A stretch of 32,000 nt of DNA. Origin: Candidatus Babelota bacterium (GTDB lineage Bacteria > Babelota > Babeliae > Babelales > Vermiphilaceae). The stretch is from the NCBI GenBank assembly GCA_039809905.1, contig JBDHVY010000001.1, forward strand, positions 1,196,745 to 1,228,744. Reading direction: 5' to 3'. Of this stretch, positions 10,533-19,345 are shown in pieces. Position 1 is the stretch's first letter. Every line of letters starts with the position of its first letter. Position numbers and translations under genes: made by a program. The notes beneath the pieces were generated by a model. The model was not told the origin of the DNA, did no database searches, and worked only from the letters and a program-made list of their open reading frames with translations.

Positions 10533-11243
10533 ATGTTAGCTAAAAAAGATGTATTGCTCTATACAATGCTTACACTTGGATGTTCTCAATTAATGCACAG
10601 TATGGATGATAAAGAAGAATGTAGAAAACTATCAATTAGAGCCCATAATTTAGAAAGAGAGTATGATTTAGCAGCTCATTTCAGATCAGGCTTTATACTA
10701 GGTACCCTCAAAGCAGCAGAAGAGAGAGATGCTGATGAAGCTACCGGTATTAAGTGGAACTCATTGGATATCTATGATTCAGGTGCACCAAAAAGCAAGC
10801 CTCTCAATATTATCCATGAATCAATACAAAAAAGACTAGATCAAAATCATAAAGAACTGCAAGAAGATTTATCTTGCTGTCAGCAATGGAGTAGAGAAAG
10901 AGATGAGGCTTTTTCTCGATATCACTCTTCAAATGCTCAAATAGTCTTTGGAGCAGGCCATTGGATGAGTGATTTAGCAAAACTTCACTACATTTGTGGA
11001 GACCATTTGTATCAGGAGCGCAAAAAAATTATTATAAAAATGATTTTTGAGGGCATTGATCCAAATCAAATAGAATATGGTTTTTATACTGCGCTTGCTG
11101 AAAGTTTGGACTATGAAGATACTGATTTTGCTTACTTTTTGTTAAGAAATGGAGCTGTTTTTAATGCAAAAACTATTGAAAAAGCTCAAAGAAAACCAGC
11201 ATTTAAAGAACTTGTTTTATCTTATAAAAATCAAACAAAATAG
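10533..11243 (+). CDS. Putative secreted protein with C-terminal ankyrin-like segment
   Basis: N-terminal hydrophobic signal-like segment; GFYTALAESLDYEDTDFAYFLLRNGAVFNAKTIEKA resembles a degenerate ankyrin unit. Confidence 0.55.
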   Translation: MLAKKDVLLYTMLTLGCSQLMHSMDDKEECRKLSIRAHNLEREYDLAAHFRSGFILGTLKAAEERDADEATGIKWNSLDIYDSGAPKSKPLNIIHESIQKRLDQNHKELQEDLSCCQQWSRERDEAFSRYHSSNAQIVFGAGHWMSDLAKLHYICGDHLYQERKKIIIKMIFEGIDPNQIEYGFYTALAESLDYEDTDFAYFLLRNGAVFNAKTIEKAQRKPAFKELVLSYKNQTK

Positions 11244-11257
11244 ATGGAGTCTAATAT

Positions 11258-11527
11258 ATGAAAAAATGCCTTATGTTACTCGTGTTTATCGGCTGTAACC
11301 TTCAGGGAATGGAATCAGATATATCACCAAAAGCAAGCTCAACTACGGTAAAATCCAATAGCCCTTATATTTTAACAAGAAAAAGAACAGGGTCTCAGTT
11401 AATGGGATGCGTTGCTGTTTCTAATAAAAGACAATCTTTTACGGCATTACGATCTCCTAATATAGACATAAAATCACGAGAACAATTCGAGTTGATAACC
11501 CATAAGAGGTCTATCATCCTTTCATAA
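11258..11527 (+). CDS. Small putative secreted protein, unknown function
   Basis: MKKCLMLLVFIGCNLQGMESD signal-like N-terminus; 15 nt after the previous gene. Confidence 0.5.
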   Translation: MKKCLMLLVFIGCNLQGMESDISPKASSTTVKSNSPYILTRKRTGSQLMGCVAVSNKRQSFTALRSPNIDIKSREQFELITHKRSIILS

Positions 11528-11548
11528 AGATTGGTATTTTTTTATATC

Positions 11549-11575
11549 GAAAAACGTTCAATTGAATATGCAAGA
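11549..11575 (+). pseudogene. Orphan copy of the rny 3' end
   Basis: GAAAAACGTTCAATTGAATATGCAAGA vs rny 10392-10418 GAAAAGCGTTCGATTGAATATGCGAGA: 24/27 identical. Both encode EKRSIEYAR. Confidence 0.8.
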
Positions 11576-11597
11576 CATTAAAATTTTTGGATCAACT

Positions 11598-12764
11598 ATG
11601 AATAGCTCAAAGCAATTTATTTATATGTATCTTTTTGCAATCTCTCTTGTCTGTAATGCAGCAGATAAAAAATTGATTGATTATAAATCTGTATCATTTA
11701 ATAGTCAAATAGTAAAACAGCTAAATTCTCTATTGTATAGAACAGATAAAGATTTTATTATAGCGGGAAATACGGGATTTGAGATACAACGAAGTGATTA
11801 CATCAAGCACAATAGCTATAAAAAATCTCCTGGAAGCTGGAATTTATTAAAAGATGCTAAAAAAATCGTTGCTTTTAATGAAAAAGGTATAATTATCACA
11901 AAGTTACATATTAAGCCTGAACTAAAAAATAGGTCTGGGGTTGCTATTCAATCATACCAAGATGATGAGATAACGATATCTATGAAACAAGAAAATATCA
12001 AATGTATTGCCCTTGATTCAGATAAAAATACCATTTTCATTGGTTACAATTGTTTAAGCTGCAATAGTGGAATAAGGCAGTATTGTTATGATTCTCATTC
12101 ATATAAGAATTTTGAGCTTGATCATAAAGTGCAATGCGTCTCTATAGATCTGTCTCCGAAAAAGGACATTCTATGTTTATTAGATTCTCACGACACTATT
12201 TCTTTTCGAAAAACAGATAGTCTAGCCTCAGTATTTAAAAAAACTAGGCTTTCCCTTCTAGATATTTACTTGTCATGTAGATTTAGTCCCGATGGCCTTA
12301 CGCTTGCTGTGGATGGGGAACAATCTATCCATATAATAGATGGATATGCTGAGCAAAATGAGTTTGGCTCTATTTCAGAAGAATTGGAGTTTTATGCTTT
12401 AAGCGATGTTGAAAGAATCAAGGCTATAGCTTTTCATCCTTGTGGATTACTTGCGGCATTAATATCGAATGGCTTTAACAGTTCTTTGATAAAGTATTGG
12501 AACACAAGAACAATGCAAGCAATAGATACAACAACTTTACCTGGAATAAGGGGACGTAACTTTTGCTTTTCAGATGACGGATTAGAAGTAGCTATGATAT
12601 CAAACAGAGACTGTATCAGAGGACCAATTTCTCCTCAGGTAATCAGGCAATACATATTATTACCTTTATGGATGAAGCTTAAACAGATGCAAGCAACAGG
12701 TAATATACCGCAAGATATTCTTGTACATTGTATGAATGTTTTTACAGCATATTGTAGTAAATAA
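11598..12764 (+). CDS. Putative secreted WD40/beta-propeller-like protein
   Basis: Signal-like MNSSKQFIYMYLFAISLVCNA; blade-like segments RIKAIAFHPCGLLAALISNGFNSSLIKYWNTRTMQAID, LSCRFSPDGLTLAVDGEQSIHIIDG. Tracked ORF begins at TTG 11562, inside the orphan rny tail. Confidence 0.6.
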   Translation: MNSSKQFIYMYLFAISLVCNAADKKLIDYKSVSFNSQIVKQLNSLLYRTDKDFIIAGNTGFEIQRSDYIKHNSYKKSPGSWNLLKDAKKIVAFNEKGIIITKLHIKPELKNRSGVAIQSYQDDEITISMKQENIKCIALDSDKNTIFIGYNCLSCNSGIRQYCYDSHSYKNFELDHKVQCVSIDLSPKKDILCLLDSHDTISFRKTDSLASVFKKTRLSLLDIYLSCRFSPDGLTLAVDGEQSIHIIDGYAEQNEFGSISEELEFYALSDVERIKAIAFHPCGLLAALISNGFNSSLIKYWNTRTMQAIDTTTLPGIRGRNFCFSDDGLEVAMISNRDCIRGPISPQVIRQYILLPLWMKLKQMQATGNIPQDILVHCMNVFTAYCSK

Positions 12765-12823
12765 AATTAAGCATGAGAGATAAAAAAAGTATTGGACTTG
12801 ATATGATCAGATATATAACAAAT

Positions 12824-14101
12824 ATGGCTTTATATGTTCATTTCACATTTTTTACTACTATTTTACTTTCACTTTTTTTACATCACAATATCTTTTGTAT
12901 GGATTATGAAGAAACAACTAAAAAATTGATACAAGCGGCATCAACTAATAACAAATCTTTATTTCAATATACTTGGAGTAAGGTTGCTGAAGATCGTGAA
13001 TTTGAGCATTTGAAAAAGAATGTTTTAACCACCAAAGATCCTGAAGTTGTTAGAGCTGCTCAAAAACATAATGAAACTATTGCATTGATTGCAGTTCCTC
13101 GAGAGCTATCAGATAATATTTTTCATAATATTGTTGATATCAGCCAATCCATTGATAAAAATATCAAAAACATTCTTGCTCTGACTGCTACTTGTACTAA
13201 TTTTGACAAACGACTTGAGCATTTTGGCTTGTTATTAAAATCGTATAGCAATGAATCAAAAAGAAAAAGTCTTGTTAGGGCATTGCGTTACTATCCGCTT
13301 CCTGTAAGAAGAGGCTTTTTACTTATGATTTGTTCAGGAATAAATTCTAATCATCAACAATGCGTAGACCTTCTTGAAAGGGCAATTCGTAACCAAGATG
13401 TTCGCATGACGAATTTATTATTTAAAAATGGAACAAATCCTGATTTAATCTGTAAATATTTAGATATTCCACATTTTTTTAAGGTTAGTACATCTGAAAT
13501 GGCAGCTGTTTTTGCAAACAATAATGCTCATCTTAATATTGCAACAAAAATATTTCCGAACGTTCTATATTATTGTTTTAAACATCATTACTGGTCATCT
13601 AATTTTGATAAAATAATAGAATTTTATCTTAGTAAAGAAGTTAATCCAGGATTATTGAATGTTAATAATGGTCAATGTTTACTTCATGAAATAGTAAAGC
13701 AATTTTCCGTAACACGATATGAAACCACAAAAAAGCCTTACATTAAAGCAATGCAGCACATACTGAATGCTACTAAAAATCAAATCAATACCATAGATAA
13801 TAAAGGCAATACGCCGCTTGATATTCTTATCAAGAAAATGCCTAAGGAAAAATTAAAATATGGTGATTATAAAAAAGACATTTTATCTATAATTTTTTTA
13901 TTGAGACTTAACGGTGCACAAACGGCTCAAGAATTAAAAGAAATAGAAGCTGAAAAGCTTGTAAAAACATCTTTATTTAAACGATGTGTACTATGTTCAG
14001 AAGAACAAGTATGGAAAGGTCCATGCAAAGATAAACACTTAGAAAAAATATATGTTCCCTGTTTTTGCTTAGCCAAAAATATAGAAAAATGGAGAGATTA
14101 G
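12824..14101 (+). CDS. Putative secreted effector-like protein: F-box-like segment, ankyrin-like repeats, C-terminal Cys/His cluster
   Basis: Signal-like MALYVHFTFFTTILLSLFLHHNIFC; VPRELSDNIFHNIVDISQSIDKNIKNILALTATCTNFDKRL (F-box-like); NTIDNKGNTPLDILIKK (ankyrin-like); CVLCSEEQVWKGPCKDKHLEKIYVPCFC. Tracked ORF starts at 12773; ATG 12824 is chosen because it begins the signal-like segment. Confidence 0.6.
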   Translation: MALYVHFTFFTTILLSLFLHHNIFCMDYEETTKKLIQAASTNNKSLFQYTWSKVAEDREFEHLKKNVLTTKDPEVVRAAQKHNETIALIAVPRELSDNIFHNIVDISQSIDKNIKNILALTATCTNFDKRLEHFGLLLKSYSNESKRKSLVRALRYYPLPVRRGFLLMICSGINSNHQQCVDLLERAIRNQDVRMTNLLFKNGTNPDLICKYLDIPHFFKVSTSEMAAVFANNNAHLNIATKIFPNVLYYCFKHHYWSSNFDKIIEFYLSKEVNPGLLNVNNGQCLLHEIVKQFSVTRYETTKKPYIKAMQHILNATKNQINTIDNKGNTPLDILIKKMPKEKLKYGDYKKDILSIIFLLRLNGAQTAQELKEIEAEKLVKTSLFKRCVLCSEEQVWKGPCKDKHLEKIYVPCFCLAKNIEKWRD

Positions 14102-14200
14102 CATTGTTAGGATAAGTAATTTTATTAATAGCTTAATTATGGCAATTGATTTGGTGATTATGTTAAATTATCAGATAACAGATGAAGAGTTTCATCGCGT

Positions 14201-14926
14201 ATGAATTTCCGCAACACGTATGGATTAGAGCTTATGAAACAGGTATTTGCATTGCTTGATCCTATTTTAGAAAAACTAATACCAGAATTTAGGCAAGAGC
14301 TTCATAAAGCCCAACAAGAGCGTTTAAAAGTTGATAATAACCCAAAAGCTTATTGGAAAGATCAAAGAAATAGAGAATTATATCTCACAAGAAAATTCGA
14401 TCCGTCACGAGAACATTTTCTTTATGAAAAAGATGATCGTTTCAATGATGAGGTTGCTTTCCATATGTATCAAAAACGGGAATGGTTTAACAAAGATTTT
14501 GATGAGAAGGAATATCAGGAATGGCTGAAAAATCCAAGAATTTTTACCTTTAAAAACCCATCTCAAAACACTGAAGAAACAACAAACAAATGGGAGGAAT
14601 TTATGTCTAAATTCGGATCAAAAGCATCATCGCCTGGATCTGATTTTAAATTTGGTTCTGAACCCAAAGAAAAACCTAAACAAACGAGAGTTCAATCGCC
14701 GGAAGAAATAAATCTCAGAAAGGCCTTGAAGGTATTATTACCCGACCTAAAGCCAGAAGATGACGTTGCACAAGCATTCCGAAAATGTTCTATGCGATAC
14801 CATCCCGATAAAATAAATGTATTAATACGAAATGGTCAACTAACAGAGAACGTAGGTAAGGAAAAGAAGGTCGAATATCAAGATGTTGTAGCTGCATGGA
14901 ATATCTATAATGAAAGCAAACAATAA
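14201..14926 (+). CDS. Protein with C-terminal J-domain-like region
   Basis: C-terminal LRKALKVLLPDLKPEDDVAQAFRKCSMRYHPDKINV...EYQDVVAAWNIYNESKQ with the HPD motif. Confidence 0.72.
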   Translation: MNFRNTYGLELMKQVFALLDPILEKLIPEFRQELHKAQQERLKVDNNPKAYWKDQRNRELYLTRKFDPSREHFLYEKDDRFNDEVAFHMYQKREWFNKDFDEKEYQEWLKNPRIFTFKNPSQNTEETTNKWEEFMSKFGSKASSPGSDFKFGSEPKEKPKQTRVQSPEEINLRKALKVLLPDLKPEDDVAQAFRKCSMRYHPDKINVLIRNGQLTENVGKEKKVEYQDVVAAWNIYNESKQ

Positions 14927-15040
14927 CCGCTAATAATGTAACAAAAAAACCAGCTTCAACGCTGATCGACGTTTCTCTCATTTTTTGTTAAGATATTTTA
15001 TATTACTTACTAAGTTTATAAAAATTATAAAAAGATAATT

Positions 15041-15862
15041 ATGAATACAATCCGAGTTTTAATGATTGGTGATGTTGTTGGCGCTGCTGGCAGGGCGATA
15101 TTTCAGAAACACATTGATAAAGTAAAACGAACACATAATATCAATGCTGTTATTGTTAATGGCGAAAATTGTGCGCATGGGCGTGGTATCACTACCAAAA
15201 ATATGCGCTTTTTTGAACATAATGGTGTTGATGTTGTAACAAGCGGTAATCATATCTGGAAACACAAAGAGATTTATTCCTATCTTGATGAACATAGCAA
15301 TTTATTGCGGCCCGCAAACTTTCCTGCTGCCACACCGGGCGTAGGAGTAACTACTTTTATGGTGCAAGGACATCGTATTGGGGTTGTTAATTTGCAAGGA
15401 CGTGTTTTTATGAAAGAACTCATCGATTGTCCTTTTTATAAAGCTGATGCGATTATTAACCAGCTCAAAGAAAAAACGAATATTATTGTCGTAGATTTTC
15501 ATGCAGAAGCAACATCGGAAAAAATGGCTATGTCTTTTTTTCTTGATGGCAGAGTAAGTGCAGTTGTAGGTACTCATACACACGTGCAAACTGCTGATGA
15601 ACGGATTTTACCTGGGGGAACTGCTCACATTACCGATCTGGGTATGTCAGGATCATTCAATTCAATGCTTGGTATGAAAAAAGAACCTATTATTCATAAC
15701 TTTTTAACAGCATTGCCCGTGCGTTTTACTCCTGATAATGCAACTCCAATTGTTATGTCTGGCGCGTGGATAGAGATTGATACTCAAACGGGAAAAGCTA
15801 TCAAAATTGAACGCGTGATGATTATTGATAATGATTTGGTTGTTGGTGGAGAAGATGATTAG
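15041..15862 (+). CDS. ymdB: YmdB-like metallophosphoesterase (2',3'-cyclic nucleotide phosphodiesterase family)
   Basis: VLMIGDVVGAAGRAIFQKHIDKVK, NGENCAHGRGITTKNMRFFEHNGVDVVTSGNHIW, VDFHAEATSEKMAMSFFLDGRVSAVVGTHTHVQTADERILPGGTAHITDLGMSG. Confidence 0.93.
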   Translation: MNTIRVLMIGDVVGAAGRAIFQKHIDKVKRTHNINAVIVNGENCAHGRGITTKNMRFFEHNGVDVVTSGNHIWKHKEIYSYLDEHSNLLRPANFPAATPGVGVTTFMVQGHRIGVVNLQGRVFMKELIDCPFYKADAIINQLKEKTNIIVVDFHAEATSEKMAMSFFLDGRVSAVVGTHTHVQTADERILPGGTAHITDLGMSGSFNSMLGMKKEPIIHNFLTALPVRFTPDNATPIVMSGAWIEIDTQTGKAIKIERVMIIDNDLVVGGEDD

Positions 15863-15964
15863 AATAACAGCTATTTTTTTATCTTTTTTTTGTATGAGCC
15901 ATTATTTTGTATGGATTCTACCCACAAAGACAAGAACAATCTTGATAAAGTATGTTAAATTTGT

Positions 15965-18082
15965 TTAATCCAGCATCTTATTGATTTCTTTATTAAATAT
16001 ATCCATATGATGATAAACATTCGTGCCTTGATCACCATCTTTTTGTTGATTTAAAAGAGCAACACTAAATTTTTGTTTCAATTTTTGAGATACGCGAGCT
16101 TTATTCTTTTCAGGGATATTGCCTGCTAACTGCAACAATGAATGTGATTTTTTCAGGGCTTCTTGTATATATGCATAGTTTTCTGCAGAGCTTGCTTGTT
16201 TATTTTGAGTAACTTTATCAAGCAAGTTATACCACTCTTTTTTTTCATTTTTATAGTTGTGTGCATGAGCTATTTGTTTATGGCGTTCCATAGCAATTCT
16301 TGCTTTTTCTGCTTCTATTCTCATTTCCTCATCTTTTATTTTTTGTTGAGCCAATAGTATTTGTTCTTTTCTTTGTTGTTCTTCACGTACTATTTGATCT
16401 TTTATTTCTTGCTTTCGTTGAGCTACTTGTAATTTCATTGCCTCTATTTGTTGCTTTTTCTGGAGTATATCTTGTTCTTGTTTTTTTATATAAATTTTTA
16501 GTGTAGTGATAATATTATTGATCTTATCTGGAGATATTTTTCCGGATGATTCCAACATTGTTTTAATAATCCCCAACATATCATCCAGAGGCATGACATG
16601 ATACTGTATAATTAAAACATCGAGTGTTTGTTGTATTTTTTGCATCCAAAGTTGGTTTGGTTTTTGCTTTTCTTGATCCCAATAATGTGGTTCATTACTT
16701 GCAAGCAGGATATTGGTTAGATTTTTTAGAGCTTTTTTTACAAAAAATTGAGCTTCTGGATCAGTTTGTGCCTGTGCTATATCATTAAACAACTGTTTTT
16801 GTTGTTTACGTAATTCTCGTATTTGATCTTCAGTTTTTGGTGCTCCTGACCACCAATCAGTAATGGAAGCAATAATACCTTTATTGGATTCAGCTTTTTT
16901 TGCTACCGCAATTTTCTTCATATTTTCATTAAATTGTGTTTGAAATTGTTGACGAGCAGTTTCTAACTTAGCTTGAGCCCGAGCTTCAGCAGCTTTTATT
17001 TGTTGATCCATTTTTACTTGTAGTTTTTGTATATCGCTTTCCTGTTTTCTTCCCATTTCTTGTTCACGCTTAAGTGCTAAATCAAGCGCAGCTTGTACCT
17101 GAAGTTCTTTTCCTTTTTGTTTTTCTCGTTCTTCTTTTATTCGTAATTCAGCTTGCGTATCCTGAACTTGTTGTGTTTGAGGCATGGAAGATGGAGATAC
17201 ACCAATTTTTCCTTTCAGAATATTTATTTCATTGCGAATAACATTTTCGGCAATGCCTCGTTTGGTTAAAGTTTTAATGATCTTTTTTTCTAAAATTTCT
17301 TGTTTTTGGCCATTGAGCAATAGCTCTCGGATAATATCAGGAGCTTGTTGAAGAGCATCTAATGCATCCTTAACGCTTCCTTTTTTCATAATATCAAGCA
17401 GTTCTTTCCATTTTGTATTTGCATCTTTTTGAAGTGCTTCTGTTACAGATGCATCGATGGTAGGTGGTGTTGTGCTTGCAGCTTCAGGTTCTGTTGTTGG
17501 AGCTGGTGTTTCAGGTGAAGGAGTAGGTTCAGTTGCAGGCTGTTCTGGAGCAACTACTTCCGGAGCGGGTGGTGTTGTTGCAGGTGGAGTTTCCTTTGCT
17601 GGTTCTGTTGGCGCTGGTTTTTCGGCTGGCATTGGTGTTGCAGTAGCTTCAATCATTTTATTAAACTCTGCAATAAGATTTGTTGTGCTTTCTTTTAAAT
17701 CACCTTTTTCTTGTGCAATTTTTGCTTTAATTGCATCAAAAAATTGTGTTTTCAGCGCTGATACAAGGCTAGCATCACTTTTAACGACTTTTTCTGCTAG
17801 GTCAAAAGCAGTAGCTTTCCAACTACTATCAGGAATATTGTCTTGTGCATTCCATTCTTTACCAGCTTCTTTTGTTAAAAGCTCAATATGTTCAGTCCAT
17901 TGTTGCAATGGATTTTTTTCTTCAGGAGATTTTGTTGTTTGTGGTGTAACTTCTGTTTGCGGTGGTGTTTCTTGCGTGGCTGGTGTTGGGGTTTCAGGGT
18001 TGGTTTTTTGCTCTTGCGCATTATAAAGATTGTGCATATTGAGCAAGATAATCATTACAAAAAATATTTTTAAGTACTTCAT
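15965..18082 (-). CDS. Secreted coiled-coil protein with Pro/Thr/Glu-rich low-complexity regions
   Basis: Signal peptide MKYLKIFFVMIILLNMHNLYNA; PTE-rich segments; long charged Gln/Lys/Glu coiled coil. Strong SD (GGGGGAG) upstream of ATG 18082. Confidence 0.75.
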   Translation of the reverse strand: MKYLKIFFVMIILLNMHNLYNAQEQKTNPETPTPATQETPPQTEVTPQTTKSPEEKNPLQQWTEHIELLTKEAGKEWNAQDNIPDSSWKATAFDLAEKVVKSDASLVSALKTQFFDAIKAKIAQEKGDLKESTTNLIAEFNKMIEATATPMPAEKPAPTEPAKETPPATTPPAPEVVAPEQPATEPTPSPETPAPTTEPEAASTTPPTIDASVTEALQKDANTKWKELLDIMKKGSVKDALDALQQAPDIIRELLLNGQKQEILEKKIIKTLTKRGIAENVIRNEINILKGKIGVSPSSMPQTQQVQDTQAELRIKEEREKQKGKELQVQAALDLALKREQEMGRKQESDIQKLQVKMDQQIKAAEARAQAKLETARQQFQTQFNENMKKIAVAKKAESNKGIIASITDWWSGAPKTEDQIRELRKQQKQLFNDIAQAQTDPEAQFFVKKALKNLTNILLASNEPHYWDQEKQKPNQLWMQKIQQTLDVLIIQYHVMPLDDMLGIIKTMLESSGKISPDKINNIITTLKIYIKKQEQDILQKKQQIEAMKLQVAQRKQEIKDQIVREEQQRKEQILLAQQKIKDEEMRIEAEKARIAMERHKQIAHAHNYKNEKKEWYNLLDKVTQNKQASSAENYAYIQEALKKSHSLLQLAGNIPEKNKARVSQKLKQKFSVALLNQQKDGDQGTNVYHHMDIFNKEINKMLD

Positions 18083-18345
18083 ATCGTCGCTCCCCCTACT
18101 ATACCTTTTTAAATACAGATATACATAATCATACTTACTATCACAAAAATAATTTAAAAAAAGCAACAGATAGGATAGAATTAAGCAAATTTACCAATGA
18201 TAGAATTATAATTTGATAATGAAAAGGAAGTTGTTTTTTGATGTTTTGATATATTTTGGTACTATTAAGAAATAGATATAAATATTATAGAGAGAGCGCG
18301 ATCAAAGGCGCTCTTCTCTTTTTTGTATGCATTTTGATAATCAAG

Positions 18346-19149
18346 TTACCAATTGTCTTCATCATCTTTTTCATTGGGATCAGCTAAATAACCCAACAAG
18401 CATTCTACTACCGGCCAATTGCAGAGCCTTATATTGTTACATAATGGAGTTCTGCTGCAATAGCCTTTCGTGTTAATTTCAGCTCCATGCAAATATAATA
18501 ATTCCACGAGCCTGGGGGTACTAGCATGATGCATTGGCGTATTGCCAAAATCATCTTTTGCATTGGGATTTGCCTGACAAGATAATAACAATGTACAGTA
18601 TTCAATTCCTTTAAGTTCTGACCATAAGCCATTATTTACTTTGGCTAATACATAATGTAATGGTGTAATAATTCTATCGTGATATGGTTCACAAGAGCCA
18701 TAGGTATTTGCAATATAACGATTTTTTACCATTTTTTTACGACATTTAAGCAGGATATTTCCTATGTAAATATCTTCGTTTAAGAGTGATATGAGCTTAT
18801 TGTAGCCAGTAGATTTTTTTGAAATGCTATTTAAAAAGCTTATTACTTCTATGTTTTTGATTTTATTAAAAAAATTTGTTGAACCTGAATGATATACTTT
18901 ATCAACTGCCTGTATTGCTTTATATAGCTCGGGGCAATACTTGCCTTTTTGTTCTTCAGCGACAAGATTTTTTAATAAACATGCATTGTTTTTTGTTAAT
19001 TGTTTAAATGCTGTTTCATGATCATCAAAATTAATAGAAATATTCGATTTTTTAATTAAGTGCAATGCTAAATGCTCTGGAGCATCCATACCGATAAGTA
19101 TTGAGCTGATAGTTATACATACGTAGCCAATATAATGCTTTATATTCAT
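18346..19149 (-). CDS. Putative secreted ankyrin-repeat protein
   Basis: Signal-like N-terminus; ITPLHYVLAKVNNGLW, CQANPNAKDDFGNTPMHHASTPRLVELLYLHGAEINTKGYCSRTPLCNNIRLCNWPVVECLLGYLADPN. Confidence 0.85.
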   Translation of the reverse strand: MNIKHYIGYVCITISSILIGMDAPEHLALHLIKKSNISINFDDHETAFKQLTKNNACLLKNLVAEEQKGKYCPELYKAIQAVDKVYHSGSTNFFNKIKNIEVISFLNSISKKSTGYNKLISLLNEDIYIGNILLKCRKKMVKNRYIANTYGSCEPYHDRIITPLHYVLAKVNNGLWSELKGIEYCTLLLSCQANPNAKDDFGNTPMHHASTPRLVELLYLHGAEINTKGYCSRTPLCNNIRLCNWPVVECLLGYLADPNEKDDEDNW

Positions 19150-19282
19150 ACTTTTCCTTTTTTTAAAAAGCTAATGATCATGAGTTTATATCAGAAATTT
19201 TTTGGAATAAAGTAAAAAATATTTTGGAAAAGGAAAAAATAATTGATATTCAGTGGTACTTAATACAAAGTCTTATAAAAAG

Positions 19283-19310
19283 TTAACACAAATAAAAAAG
19301 CTGATATAAT
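19283..19310 (+). promoter_or_regulatory. Candidate promoter for the FKBP gene
   Basis: TTAACA, 16-nt spacer, TATAAT upstream of ATG 19346. Confidence 0.35.
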
Positions 19311-19345
19311 CAACTATAATCGCATATTTAAAAAAAAGGAAAAGT

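Noticed and set aside
17457-18026. 189-aa plus-strand ORF rich in Gly/Val/Ser
   Set aside because: Exact antisense of the PTE-rich low-complexity part of the minus-strand secreted protein; its composition is explained by the complementary codons.
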